A stretch of DNA of 64,000 nucleotides from Candidatus Poseidoniales archaeon (GTDB lineage: Archaea > Thermoplasmatota > Poseidoniia > Poseidoniales > Poseidoniaceae): contig JAYQOB010000008.1 in assembly GCA_038144595.1 (NCBI GenBank), forward strand, positions 151,871 to 215,870. Direction: 5' to 3'. Under the pieces are notes generated by a model that had not been told where the DNA came from, did no database searches, and worked only from the letters and a program-made list of their open reading frames with translations. Of this stretch, positions 19,174 through 29,776 are shown one piece after another; within the stretch, counting starts at the first letter, position 1; each line of letters opens with the position of its first letter. The translations under genes and the position numbers were made by a program.

Positions 19174-19730
19174 ATGGGTCAAGTTGTGGCGGTGTGCGGC
19201 ATGCCTGGCTCAGGCAAAGGAGAATTCGCAGCCGTTCTCGCCAACGCTGGCGTGCCGGTCGTTTCCATGGGCGACATGATTCGAGCCGAGGTGCGTCGCC
19301 TCGGACTGGAAGAAGCCCCGCACGTGTTCGGTGAGGTGGCGGCCTCGTTGCGAGCCGATCACGGCGAGGACGTGCTGGCGGTTCGCCTGTGCGACCGTGT
19401 GGACGAACTGCTCGTCGACCATCCGATGGTGCTCATTGAAGGTCTGCGTGGAACGGCGGAAGATGCCGTGTTTGCCGCCAGGTGGGGCGCCATCTATCGG
19501 ACAGTGGCCATTCTTGCTGATGCCGAATTGCGCTTCCAGCGAACCCTCAAGCGCGGCCGGTCCGAAGACGGTGACCGAGCGGCCTTTGAGGCACGAAATC
19601 AACGCGAGCAAGGGTGGGGGGTCTTGATGCCCTCATCGACGTGGCCGCCGACAAAATTCACAACGACGTTGACCTGCCGGAATTCCAGGCCCGCTGTGAG
19701 GCGTGGATGGCTGAGATTCTGAACACCTAA
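19174..19730 (+). CDS. P-loop kinase (UPF0200 / dephospho-CoA kinase-like; frameshift near 19620)
   Basis: VCGMPGSGKG, SMGD.IR, IEGLR, RGRSED; the C-terminus WGLDALIDVAADKIHND..* lies in another frame after a G6 run. Confidence 0.8.
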
Positions 19731-19849
19731 ATCGGTGTGCCTCGACGGTAGGAAACGCGCCACAGCAGGGCGGTTTACGACCGATTTCCACCCAAGTGTT
19801 ATAGTCGGGGAGATGTTGTAGCAAACTGCAATCGCGAGGGTTGGTGTCC

Positions 19850-21372
19850 ATGGCAAGAAAAAAGGCGGTGGCGGTGGACGACAGCGAGCCCGACAACGAG
19901 CGCAGTACGACGAGTTGGACAAGTACCCCGTGATGCCTCCTCACGCCTTTGCCCGTATCGTTCGCGACAAGCAAACGCTCAACATCATTTACCAGATCAT
20001 TGAACCCCCGCTCACAAAGAAGGAACAAGAGCAGCGAGACGAAATCATGGACATCTTCATTCGCTCCCTGACGGCGAACATTGAGGAAATCGACTCCAAT
20101 CCCGAAGCCTATGTGCGGACGGCCATGGACAAAGTCATCAAATCCTACAGCATGAAAATCAACAAGAAATCCAAGTCGAAGTTATTCTACTACCTTCGCC
20201 GCGACCTCATCGGCTACGGGAAAATGGATGTGCTGATGAACGACGTCAACGTCGAGGACATCTCCCTTGACGGTACCAACGTGCCTATTTTCGCTTACCA
20301 TCGAAAATTCGAATCGGTGGAGACCACCTGCGTGTGGGAAACCGACGAAGAACTCGAATCCTACGTCATTAAACTCGCTCAACGCTGTGGAAAGCACATT
20401 TCCGTCGCAGAACCCCTGCTCGACGCAACGCTGATGGACGGTTCCCGTATTGTCATGAAACTCGGTCACGAAATCTCAACACGTGGGTCCGCATTCTGTA
20501 TTCGACGGTTCAAGGACGACCCGTTCTCGCCCGCCGACATCGTCGCCTTCCGAACCATGTCGTCGTTGATGACGGCCTACTTGTGGATCGCCTTCCAGAA
20601 CGAAGTCCCCATGCTGTTCGTTGGCGGTACGGCGTCCGGAAAGACGACCACCCTCAACGCCATGTGCATTTTCATCCCTTGGCAAATGAAAATCGTGTCC
20701 ATCGAATCCACACGCGAAGTCAACATCCCGCAACCCAACTGGGTTCCCGGTCTGACCCGACAAGGGTTTGGTGGTGAGAGCGACGACGGTGTCATCGGTG
20801 AGTTCGAGTTGCTCAAGGCTGCGTTACGTGAACGGCCGGAATACATCATTGTGGGTGAAATTCGTGGTGCAGAGGCTTACGTTCTGTTCCAAGCCATGGC
20901 CACCGGCCACTGCGCTTACTCCACGGTTCACGCCGACTCCGTGCCCTCGCTCGTTCACCGATTGGAGAACAAACCGATCGACATCCCTCGGGTGCTTTTG
21001 CCGGCGCTGGAAGCCTGTTCGATTCAGATTCAAACCAGAATCAACGGCCGCCGTGTTCGAAGAACAAAGCAAATCGTTGAGATCGTTGGCATTGACCCTA
21101 ACTCGATGGAAGTCATCACCAACGAAGTGTTCCGCTGGGACGTGACCAACGATGATTTCATCTTCAGCGGTAAGTCCTATGTGCTGGAGAAAATCATGGT
21201 CAAGATCAACTACAGTCAGGAAGAAATGCGCCGTGAATTGCGAACCCGCAAGCGCATCTTGGAATGGATGGTACTCAACGACATTCGGAAGGCTGACCAG
21301 GTTTCGCAGATCGTTACGGAATACTACGTCCGACCCAATGAAATTCTCGCCCGTGTGGACGGATTGAAGTGA
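19850..21372 (+). CDS. Type IV pilus / type II secretion assembly ATPase (VirB11/PilB-like; frameshift in A-run near 19860)
   Basis: GGTASGKTT, LRERPEYIIVGEIRG, MATGH, STVHA; ATG 19850 (MARKKGGGGGRQ) joins the 19915 frame with one extra A. Confidence 0.9.
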
Positions 21373-21396
21373 GGCGGCCAAACAGGAGTCGATAGC

Positions 21397-22416
21397 ATGG
21401 ACCTGACGGCATGGCAACGCATCTGCACTCGGCTGCTCGGGCCGTTTGTCAAGAAGCGCGCTCGCAACGACAAGGAATTATCGGCCAACCTCGTCAAAGG
21501 GTCGATGGGCATGATGCCCGAGGTTTACCTCTCCACCGTGATCGTCACTTCGATCGCCATCGCCTTGATGTCGTGGGCCTTCGTGGCCATTTTCTTCATT
21601 CCCGACATCGGCGTCATCGCCTTTTACGAAGGCATTCAAGACGCCGCTACGAAGGACCCGTGCTTCGAATGGGAGTACTGGAACCCCGACCTTATCGACC
21701 CCTCGCAGCCCGGCAACGGTTGTCCTGAATTCGCCCTCCAGGTGTTCCCGCCGGCGCTGAAGGTCGTCATTGTGGCCCTCGGCGGCTTGATCATCCCGTA
21801 CGCCGCTTACGTCTACAACAAAGGCGGGGCTGCCCGTGAAGCAACCCGCCGTGGCGACATGATCGAGAAGTACCTGCCCTACGCTGCTTCCTACACGGCA
21901 GCCATGTCGGCGGCCAACGCCACCCCGGCCAAGATCTTCAGGTCCCTTGCCATGAACAAGGACATCTACGGCGACGTGGCTGACGACGCAGCGATGATTT
22001 ATCGCGACATCACCCTCCTGGGTTACGACCTCATCACCGCCATGAAAATGAGTGTTGACCGGGCCGCTTCAGTTTGGTTGACGGAATTTTTCCAAGGCAT
22101 GGTCGGCACCCTCACGGCCGGTGGCCAACTCAAGCTGTTCTTCCTCAACCGTGCAGAGCACTACATGCGTGAGAACCGTACCCGGCTGGGGCAATTCCTC
22201 GAGTCGATCGCTCTCTTGGCTGAATCCTACATTGTGGTCGCCGTCGCTATGCCGCTTTTCCTGATCGTCATGCTCGTCATCATGTTCTGGGTGTCGGGTT
22301 CCGGCGCACAGATGAGCGAAGGGATGCTGTACGGCATCGTGTTGGGCTTCATTCCGATGATTCACATCGCCTACGCCATTCTCGTGTGGACCAGCAGCAA
22401 GGAGCAAGAAATGTAA
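21397..22416 (+). CDS. Type II secretion system F / TadC-like membrane platform protein
   Basis: IEKYLPYA..Y, LLGYDLITAM, LAESYI and TM pattern; follows the ATPase. Confidence 0.8.
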   Translation: MDLTAWQRICTRLLGPFVKKRARNDKELSANLVKGSMGMMPEVYLSTVIVTSIAIALMSWAFVAIFFIPDIGVIAFYEGIQDAATKDPCFEWEYWNPDLIDPSQPGNGCPEFALQVFPPALKVVIVALGGLIIPYAAYVYNKGGAAREATRRGDMIEKYLPYAASYTAAMSAANATPAKIFRSLAMNKDIYGDVADDAAMIYRDITLLGYDLITAMKMSVDRAASVWLTEFFQGMVGTLTAGGQLKLFFLNRAEHYMRENRTRLGQFLESIALLAESYIVVAVAMPLFLIVMLVIMFWVSGSGAQMSEGMLYGIVLGFIPMIHIAYAILVWTSSKEQEM

Positions 22417-22430
22417 GGAGGTGAAGAAGG

Positions 22431-24005
22431 ATGGCACGCAAGAAAGAGAAGATCGTGGTCAACCTCGACCTTCCCAAGGACGACTCCACGCTGACCAAGC
22501 TCTACGTCATCTTGTTCTTCTCCATCATTCTTGGATTGGGCAGCGGTCTGTTTTGGATCACCAATTCAGGTTTCGTCCCCACCGCCAACGGAGAGCCGAT
22601 GTTCACCAACCTGTACTGCGGTGCGACGGCTCAGGATGAACTCGGCAACCCTACGGGTGAATTTTTCCAAACCAACCAGAAGCCAACCTACACGGCAAAC
22701 CAAACCTGTTCCATCCTCCAAGACAGCCCCGATCGCATCACGTGGGAGGACGAGGAATGGAACATGGTCACCAAGCGAGGCAAAAACTTCGATGTTCCCG
22801 GCGTTCCTGATTCCGCCACGGGTGGGACCGCTGTCCTCCAACCGCTCTGGCTGAACTACACGGTTGAGGCCTCGTCGGCGTACGATTACACCGTCGCCAT
22901 CCGGACGTCCTCCGGTGATATTCTCGAATACGAAAACCAAACGGCGAACACCGGCTCGCAACAACTCTACATGGTGACGATTCCGCCGGACACACGGTAC
23001 GAACTCATCTTCATGTCCTCGCAGGAAGGCCAGTTCTTGCAAACCATCACGTTCGACATGACCGTTCACTATCAGGACGGCATCCCCACAAACATGAACA
23101 ACAAATCGTTGTGGTTGGGACCCGCCTTGGAAGCAGGACCGTTGAAGGTTCACCCCACCATTTTCCTCAACTTCTTTGGTTTGACGTTTTTCTTCTTTAT
23201 CTTCCCAGCATCGTACTACTGGGAGCGCGTTGAGAACGAGAAGAACGAGGTGGAAGAGAAGTTCCCGGACTTCCTCCGTGACCTGGCCGAATACTGGAAA
23301 GGTGGTCTTTCCATGACCGTCGCAGTCCAAACCTTGGCGACTTCGGAATACGGAGCTCTCAACGACGAAGTCAAGAAAATGTCCGACCAGTTAAGCTGGG
23401 GTGTCAAATTCTCCGATGTCATCGGTCAGTTCGCAGAACGGGTCGGCACCCCACTCGTCAAGCGTGCCATTACGCTCATCGCTGAAGCCGACCGTGCGGG
23501 CGGGAAAATTTCAGACATTCTTGTCACGGCTGCCAACGACTCCCGTGAACTGAAGTTCCTCGAGGGAGAACGTAAGCGCGCTATCGGTTCGTACATCGCG
23601 GTCATTTGGACGTCGTACTTCGTTTTCCTCGGCGTGATTGTCGTTTTGGCCAAGGTGTTTATTCCCGCCATTGCTGGTTCAAACTCGGGAGGTGAGGACG
23701 GCGGCGACAGCGGCGGTCAAACCATCGGAAACATGACCATTCGAAACATCGATCCGCTGTTCTTCCTGACGATTTTCTACTACGGTGTAACCATGCAAGC
23801 GCTCGGTAACGGCTCCATGGCCGGGTTGATGGCCACCGGGCGCTTCTCGACCGGGTTCAAGCATTCGGGGATGATGATCGTCGTCGCCCTCTTGATTTTC
23901 AACCTCGTGGCGTTCTCACCTGACCTCATCGGCATCACGGAAGTTCCCGGCCTGAACCCCTCTTCGGGAACCTTCGTTCCCTCCCCGCTCTACTTCGGAG
24001 GTTGA
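22431..24005 (+). CDS. Second T2SS-F / TadC-like platform protein with extracellular insert
   Basis: EEKFPDFLRDLAE..KGGLS, YGALNDE, AGGKISDIL; about 200-aa soluble insert after the first TM. Confidence 0.8.
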   Translation: MARKKEKIVVNLDLPKDDSTLTKLYVILFFSIILGLGSGLFWITNSGFVPTANGEPMFTNLYCGATAQDELGNPTGEFFQTNQKPTYTANQTCSILQDSPDRITWEDEEWNMVTKRGKNFDVPGVPDSATGGTAVLQPLWLNYTVEASSAYDYTVAIRTSSGDILEYENQTANTGSQQLYMVTIPPDTRYELIFMSSQEGQFLQTITFDMTVHYQDGIPTNMNNKSLWLGPALEAGPLKVHPTIFLNFFGLTFFFFIFPASYYWERVENEKNEVEEKFPDFLRDLAEYWKGGLSMTVAVQTLATSEYGALNDEVKKMSDQLSWGVKFSDVIGQFAERVGTPLVKRAITLIAEADRAGGKISDILVTAANDSRELKFLEGERKRAIGSYIAVIWTSYFVFLGVIVVLAKVFIPAIAGSNSGGEDGGDSGGQTIGNMTIRNIDPLFFLTIFYYGVTMQALGNGSMAGLMATGRFSTGFKHSGMMIVVALLIFNLVAFSPDLIGITEVPGLNPSSGTFVPSPLYFGG

Positions 24006-24009
24006 CGGC

Positions 24010-24450
24010 GTGCGTCACGACGAAGAGGCCCAGATTCACATTCTGGAAATGTTGACGCTGTTTTGGCTGTTCTTCATGTCGGCCACGTTCCTGATTCGTG
24101 TTCACGTTCCAGATTCTGCTTCCGTCGCCCTCGACTCATCCTTGGAAATGGCAGCCGACGATGCTATCCGTTACGGTCTTGGCCTCGAGGCGGAGATTGA
24201 AGGCGACAGTCGTTTGGAGGAATTGCTGGCCGATGACGCTCGGGAAGAGGCCTGTGAGTTGCTTCAGTCTGCCGTGGCGCCCGGAAAGGAGGCGAATTGT
24301 TGGCTGGCGAAGGACAGTTCAGTGGCCACACCGCACGGAACGGTTGGAACACCGGCCGGTGGCACGGTGGCGGTTCACCATCTCGTGGTCATCGGCCCGT
24401 ACGTGTGGACGGTGACGCTCGACGTTTGGGCTCGTGGAGGTGGTGCCTGA
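24010..24450 (+). CDS. Putative minor pilin (class III signal peptide-like N-terminus)
   Basis: MRHDEEA|QIHILE followed by a hydrophobic helix (Glu near +5/+6); lies in the pilus operon. Confidence 0.55.
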   Translation: MRHDEEAQIHILEMLTLFWLFFMSATFLIRVHVPDSASVALDSSLEMAADDAIRYGLGLEAEIEGDSRLEELLADDAREEACELLQSAVAPGKEANCWLAKDSSVATPHGTVGTPAGGTVAVHHLVVIGPYVWTVTLDVWARGGGA

Positions 24451-24896
24451 TGCGCTCCACCGAATTGGAGGATGCCAACGGCGGACAAATGCTGCTCGCC
24501 ACCGGTGTCGTGCTTCTCATGTCCTTGCTCTCCATGGCCATCTTCGGTGTGAAAGTGGCGGGCCTGACCTTGCCGCATGAAGCGGCATCCGACGATGTCA
24601 TCGACACCACCGATCAGGTCCTCGAGACGATTCAGCCCTTGACACAGGCCCGGATGGACCTCTGGATGGATGGCGGCCTTGAGCCACTTGAAGCAGCCGA
24701 ACTTGGGTTCGAAACCGTTCACGATGACCTGCTTCACCACGGTGAATTACGGGGTGTTGAAATCAAACTCACCAACATGGCTGTTTCCGAACTTGACAGC
24801 AACACGCTTCAGGTCAGCGCAGAACTGGGTGTCTCCGACGGTGAGGCCATGCTCAACTACGATGTTTCCTTCACGCTCACGGTTCAATCTTCGTGA
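24450..24896 (+). CDS. Putative minor pilin
   Basis: MRSTELEDANGG|QMLLATGVVLLMSLLSMAIFG; TGATG-coupled to the previous gene. Confidence 0.55.
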   Translation: MRSTELEDANGGQMLLATGVVLLMSLLSMAIFGVKVAGLTLPHEAASDDVIDTTDQVLETIQPLTQARMDLWMDGGLEPLEAAELGFETVHDDLLHHGELRGVEIKLTNMAVSELDSNTLQVSAELGVSDGEAMLNYDVSFTLTVQSS

Positions 24897-25528
24897 TGAT
24901 CATCAATGGCTCGGTTCAGCAAGGTGAAGATGCGCTCGACGTCACTCTCAACACGGGTGGGGTCAACGACCGGCCAGTTTGCGATTTTCGCACGCTCGAT
25001 GAGCCCCTCTTGGATGGCTCGGATGCGAGCGAAGCTGGCGAGGTAGCGGTCGGACCGACGGTAGGAATGAGCGTCCCTGGATTTCAGCATGTCTTGGTGA
25101 GCCCGTTCTTCATCCACCACCATCACCACGCCCAAAGCGACGCCTCCGGCGTCTTCCCATGCCTTGAGCAGGCGCGCACTCGGAACGATGTGAACGCCTT
25201 CGAGCAGGAGGTCGATGCCCTCTCTTCGAGCCCGTTCAACGGTGGCCGTGACGCCCGCTTCAACGGCCAGGCAGGTTTCGTTCCAATCCAGCACCGGCTC
25301 ACCGCTGCTTCCTCTTGAGAAGGACGAGCGATGCAACGCTTCTCGCTGCTGCCCTTCGTCAGCCGCCCGCATGATTTCACGAATGGCGTCGGTCGACATG
25401 ACCCGGGTAAATCCGGCTCGGTTGGCGACCCCGACGGCTGCCGTCGATTTTCCAACCCCGGTGGCACCGGCGAGGATGAGCAACCTCGGCGGTCGCGTTG
25501 AGAGGGTTTGCGCTGTTTGTTGCGCCAT
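24884..25528 (-). CDS. 2-phosphoglycerate kinase-like P-loop kinase
   Basis: GATGVGKST, STDAIREIMR, LHRSSF, EGVHIVP, IRAIQE. Confidence 0.75.
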   Translation of the reverse strand: MAQQTAQTLSTRPPRLLILAGATGVGKSTAAVGVANRAGFTRVMSTDAIREIMRAADEGQQREALHRSSFSRGSSGEPVLDWNETCLAVEAGVTATVERARREGIDLLLEGVHIVPSARLLKAWEDAGGVALGVVMVVDEERAHQDMLKSRDAHSYRRSDRYLASFARIRAIQEGLIERAKIANWPVVDPTRVESDVERIFTLLNRAIDDHHED

Positions 25529-25666
25529 CCCTACCCGCTTTGCCATGCGGTTGAGGTGCAGGGGCGAGCACATGAGGGTTCTGCCCGAGGATGCGCAACC
25601 CTCCTTCATTTGGTCCCCGAGAAAACCCACCGATGGCCCTTTGAATTGGGTGGACTTGGAAGATCC

Positions 25667-27103
25667 ATGGCCGATGAAGAGATGTGGATTGCAGGCGAAT
25701 GGTGTGCAGCCGAGAACAAGGAAACCAGCGATGTCATCAACCCTGCGACCGGCGACGTCATGGCCACCGTACCAAGGGCCACCGTCGGTGATGTCGACCG
25801 TTGCGTCGCCGCCTCACGTGCCGCTCTGAACAACGCAGACTGGAAAGCCATGGACCCCGCTCAACGTGGTCGTATTCTCAACAAGATGGCGGCCGTCACC
25901 TACGCCAAAGCAAAGGAACTTGCCGTCATTGAATCTTCCAACAACGGCAAGACGTTCAGGGAAGCCCTCTCAGAAATCCGCTACGGTGCATGGACGCTGG
26001 AATACTTTGCAGGCCTCGCCGATAAGATCGAAGGCACCACGATCCCCGTCCCCGGTCCTCGTCTCAACTACACCCTCCGCCAACCGCTCGGGGTCACCGC
26101 CCACATCGTGCCCTGGAACTTCCCGCTTCAGCTGGCGCTGCGCTCCATCGCCCCCGCCCTCGCCGCAGGGTGCACGGTCATCGCCAAGCCTGCATCATGG
26201 ACGCCGCTGTCCCTGCTCGCCTGGGCAAAAGCCGTCGACGAGGCCGACACCGGCCTGCCATCCGGCGTGCTTCAGGTGTTGACTGGCTCGGGTGCTCTGG
26301 CAGGTGATGCCCTTGCGGGCCACGCCGGCGTGGACGGCGTGGTGTTGACCGGTGGGGTGCCCACGGGACAAGCCGTGATGGCCAAAGCCAGCGAGCAACT
26401 GACGCCCGTTACCCTCGAACTCGGTGGAAAGGGCGCCAACATCGTCTTCCCCGACGCCAACCTTCGCTACGCTGCGAAAGCGATTTGCTTTGGCATCTTC
26501 ATGAACGCCGGCCAGATGTGCTGGGCGGGTTCTCGCCTGCTCGTTCACGAGGACGTTCACGATGACCTCGTGGAGGCCGTGTGCGCTGAGGTGTCCAAGT
26601 GGCCCGTTGGCCCGGGGATGGAAGAAGGTGTTCGAATGGGCAGTCTCGTTCACGAGCGCCACCGAGCCGAAGTGCTTGAGAAACTCGAGGCCGGCCTGAA
26701 AGAAGGCGGCACGTTGGTGTTGGGCGGAAAGCCGCTCGACCGCGACGGGGCCTTCATGGAAGCAACGGTGGTCACCGGCGTCGATCGTTCCCACCTGCTG
26801 TTCCAAGACGAACTCTTCGGGCCCGTGCTGGCCGTCACCTCCTTTTCCACGGATGAGGAGGCCCTTGAACTGGCCAACGACACGCCGTTTGGGTTGCTGA
26901 ACGGCGTCTGGACGAACAACCTCAGTCGAGCTCACAGTTTTGCTCGCGACCTTGAGTGCGGCATGGTTTCCATCAACGAATACCCCATCACGTTCCCGCA
27001 GACGGCCTTCACGGGTTGGAAGCATTCGGGCATCGGCGTGGAACAGAGCCAAGATGCGCTTCGCTTCTACACGAAGGTCAAGAACGTGAACGTGAAGTTG
27101 TGA
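25667..27103 (+). CDS. NAD(P)-dependent aldehyde dehydrogenase
   Basis: PWNFP, LELGGK, NAGQMC, ELFGP. Confidence 0.93.
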   Translation: MADEEMWIAGEWCAAENKETSDVINPATGDVMATVPRATVGDVDRCVAASRAALNNADWKAMDPAQRGRILNKMAAVTYAKAKELAVIESSNNGKTFREALSEIRYGAWTLEYFAGLADKIEGTTIPVPGPRLNYTLRQPLGVTAHIVPWNFPLQLALRSIAPALAAGCTVIAKPASWTPLSLLAWAKAVDEADTGLPSGVLQVLTGSGALAGDALAGHAGVDGVVLTGGVPTGQAVMAKASEQLTPVTLELGGKGANIVFPDANLRYAAKAICFGIFMNAGQMCWAGSRLLVHEDVHDDLVEAVCAEVSKWPVGPGMEEGVRMGSLVHERHRAEVLEKLEAGLKEGGTLVLGGKPLDRDGAFMEATVVTGVDRSHLLFQDELFGPVLAVTSFSTDEEALELANDTPFGLLNGVWTNNLSRAHSFARDLECGMVSINEYPITFPQTAFTGWKHSGIGVEQSQDALRFYTKVKNVNVKL

Positions 27104-27113
27104 GTGGATCTCC

Positions 27114-27893
27114 ATGGCGGTTGAAGTTGACCAACAAGGCGCTGTTCGCATCATCAAAATGGCGGGTCAAGCCTCGACGCAGTCGTTCTCGATGGCGTTC
27201 CTGCCCACGATTGCCGAGGCCATTGATGCTGGATTGAAGGACAGCGCCACGAAAGCCATCGTGCTGACGGGCGACGGCCGTTTCTTTTCCGCCGGGGCTG
27301 ATATTAACGCCTTTCAAGAAGCGATTGACGACAACTCGGCTCCCGAACTCATCCGCGACTTGACCGGTGTGCTCCACCCGCTGTTGGTTCGCATCCGTAC
27401 ATCCGCAACCATCGTGGTGGCGGCCCTCAACGGCGTATCGGCCGGCGGTGGTCTGGGTTTGGCCTTGGCGTGCGATGCTCGCATCGGTACGTCCGATGCT
27501 CGAATGGCGGCGTCCTACGCCGGCATGGGGCTCTCGCCGGACGGCGGGACGACCTGGCTTTTACCACGCCTCGTTGGCGAACAACGAGCACGTCGATTTT
27601 TCATGAGCAATGAAATTTGGACGGGCGAGGAAGCTCACGATTACGGCGCGATTGACGTGCTGGTGGACCCTGCATCTTTGCTTGAGACCGCCACAGGCTT
27701 GGCCACGATGTGGTCGTCGTGGGGCCCCCACACCAAGGAGGCGACCAAGCACCTCCTCCACGTTCAAACCGACAACGATTTCTCAACGCATCTCGACCAC
27801 GAACGGACCCTCATTGAAGCAGCCGGTACGACCGAGGCGTTCAAAGAAGGCGTGAGCGCCTTCCTTGAGAAGCGCCGCCCATCCTTTGATTGA
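27114..27893 (+). CDS. Enoyl-CoA hydratase/isomerase, PaaG-like
   Basis: FSAGADI, NGVSAGGGLGLALACD and GLSPDGG (Asp-type catalytic motif typical of PaaG-like isomerases); co-oriented with the ALDH gene. Confidence 0.85.
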   Translation: MAVEVDQQGAVRIIKMAGQASTQSFSMAFLPTIAEAIDAGLKDSATKAIVLTGDGRFFSAGADINAFQEAIDDNSAPELIRDLTGVLHPLLVRIRTSATIVVAALNGVSAGGGLGLALACDARIGTSDARMAASYAGMGLSPDGGTTWLLPRLVGEQRARRFFMSNEIWTGEEAHDYGAIDVLVDPASLLETATGLATMWSSWGPHTKEATKHLLHVQTDNDFSTHLDHERTLIEAAGTTEAFKEGVSAFLEKRRPSFD

Positions 27894-27894
27894 A

Positions 27895-28821
27895 TCACTG
27901 GATTTGGAATTGGTACTGCTTGGTGGGTTTCTTGCCGCCCAGGCGAGTGAGCCCGATGATGAGTGCGATGAGGCCACCGCATGCAGAGCAGCAACCCGCA
28001 CCAAACGAAACGACCGAAATGCCCGACTTCATGAGCAACTCCTCAACAAATCCAGATTCAATGTACATGGCGTCAAGGTCAACCACGGACATGTTGATGC
28101 CAGCATTGTTGGACACCGTCAAGACCTCGCCTTCCTCGCATTCGTGTTCTGGTTCTTCGATATCATCGCCCACTGTGTAGCAAATTCGTGCCACAATGAT
28201 GTGGTCTTCGATGTCAAAGTACTCCTCGTACAGGTTGGTGTCGCTCGCTTCTTTGTTCGTGGAACAGGAAATTCTCGCTGTGCGATCGCTGGCATCATCG
28301 CCTGTGTCATCGAGAACAGAAAAGGTCACGCCCTCGCAGGCGTCGATGATGCCGTTGTTGTTTTCATCGGCCTTGACATCACCTGGAATCAAAAGGTACC
28401 AACCCTCCTCACCCAAGCCATCTTCGTCGTCGTAGGTGAGCTCACCGCTGTCCCCAATGGACATGGTGTAATCAACGGTGGAGAGTTTGTTGAAGGTGTC
28501 CTCAAGTGAAGCACCCACGGCAATACCGGTTCCGAACCCAATGAGGCCGATGACCACCAAAACAGCGGCGATGATCATGGGGACTTTGGGCCCCTTTCCT
28601 TCATCCCCGATGGTGATGTTCTGGGTCGCCATGCCTGGCTGATAGCCAGCAACGACCATGTCCGGTGTGATTTGTTGCTGGAGCACAGGGCTCGGGCCTG
28701 CGATGTCTGCCGAAGTGACATCTGCTGAGGTCTGGGTTGACGTGCCATCTGGTTCATTTCCACCAGCATCGTTGGCAGCGCCCATCATGGCGCCCCAGGG
28801 GGTGGGGTTGGTTTCGTCCAT
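27895..28821 (-). CDS. Hypothetical membrane protein with acidic, Cys-containing extracellular loop
   Basis: Two hydrophobic regions flank a D/E-rich segment containing DENNNGIIDACE. Confidence 0.7.
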   Translation of the reverse strand: MDETNPTPWGAMMGAANDAGGNEPDGTSTQTSADVTSADIAGPSPVLQQQITPDMVVAGYQPGMATQNITIGDEGKGPKVPMIIAAVLVVIGLIGFGTGIAVGASLEDTFNKLSTVDYTMSIGDSGELTYDDEDGLGEEGWYLLIPGDVKADENNNGIIDACEGVTFSVLDDTGDDASDRTARISCSTNKEASDTNLYEEYFDIEDHIIVARICYTVGDDIEEPEHECEEGEVLTVSNNAGINMSVVDLDAMYIESGFVEELLMKSGISVVSFGAGCCSACGGLIALIIGLTRLGGKKPTKQYQFQIQ

Positions 28822-28869
28822 GGATTTTCCACGGTCCCTTGCTCAATAAATCAGTGGGTGGAGCAGGGC

Positions 28870-29754
28870 TCACTCGAGGCTGGTTTCCTCGGCCTGTCCG
28901 CTGGACCAATCGTAGATGCCTTTGCCGGATTTCTTGCCGAGGCGACCTTCGGCGACCAAGCGCTCAAGCAGTGGGTGAGGGGCGTAGGCATCGTCGTTGA
29001 ACGAGCGCTGGAGGTTGAGGAGGATGTCTCTGCGAACATCGAGACCCACCAGGTCGGTCAAGGCCAACGGGCCCATTGGGTGCTTGTAGCCCAGCACCAT
29101 GGCGGTGTCAATGTCCTTGGCGCTGGCCACGCCGTCGGCCAGCATGCGGATAGCTTCGTTGCCGAGCACCACGCCCAAGCGGCTGGTGGCAAACCCGGGA
29201 ACGTCCTTGACCAGAATAGTGGTCTTGCCCATGGCTTCGCCGGCTGCTTCAGCGATGGCAATCGTCGCATCAGCGGTCTGGTCATGACGAACCAGTTCGA
29301 GCAGTTTCATGATGGGAACGGGATTGAAGAAATGCATGCCAATGACCTGTTCTGGTCGGGAGGTGGCAGCGGCGATGTCGGCGATGGAAAGCGAAGAGGT
29401 GTTGGTACCGAGCACGGCGTGAGCAGGGGCGAGTTCATCGAGTTGGGCGAAGATGCTGTGCTTCAGGTCAGGGATTTCAGGCACGGCTTCAATCACGAGG
29501 TCGGCCTGTCCGACCGCCGCAGCGAGGTCGCCAACAGCGGTCAGGTTAGCCGACCATGCGTCTCGCTGCTCAGGGGTGGTTTTGCCTCGTGCGATGCCCT
29601 TGTCCCAGAAGGCTGCGATGCGCTCCATGCCACGTTCAAGCCCCTCGGGAAAGGCGTCGTAGAGGTTGGTTTGCCAGCCTGCTTGGGCACACACTTGAGC
29701 GATACCGGCGCCCATCGTTCCAGCGCCCACCACGGCCACGCATTGAATGGTCAT
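28870..29754 (-). CDS. 3-hydroxyacyl-CoA dehydrogenase
   Basis: GAGTMGAGIAQ, IEAVPE, TNTSSL, GMHFFNP, HPMGP..L.DLVGLD. Confidence 0.93.
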   Translation of the reverse strand: MTIQCVAVVGAGTMGAGIAQVCAQAGWQTNLYDAFPEGLERGMERIAAFWDKGIARGKTTPEQRDAWSANLTAVGDLAAAVGQADLVIEAVPEIPDLKHSIFAQLDELAPAHAVLGTNTSSLSIADIAAATSRPEQVIGMHFFNPVPIMKLLELVRHDQTADATIAIAEAAGEAMGKTTILVKDVPGFATSRLGVVLGNEAIRMLADGVASAKDIDTAMVLGYKHPMGPLALTDLVGLDVRRDILLNLQRSFNDDAYAPHPLLERLVAEGRLGKKSGKGIYDWSSGQAEETSLE

Positions 29755-29776
29755 GGTCCTTGCAGGGAGAGGCCCT

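Noticed and set aside
19850..24896. Archaellum (arl/fla) operon
   Set aside because: No archaellins or ArlH/F/G; two platform genes fit a pilus system better.
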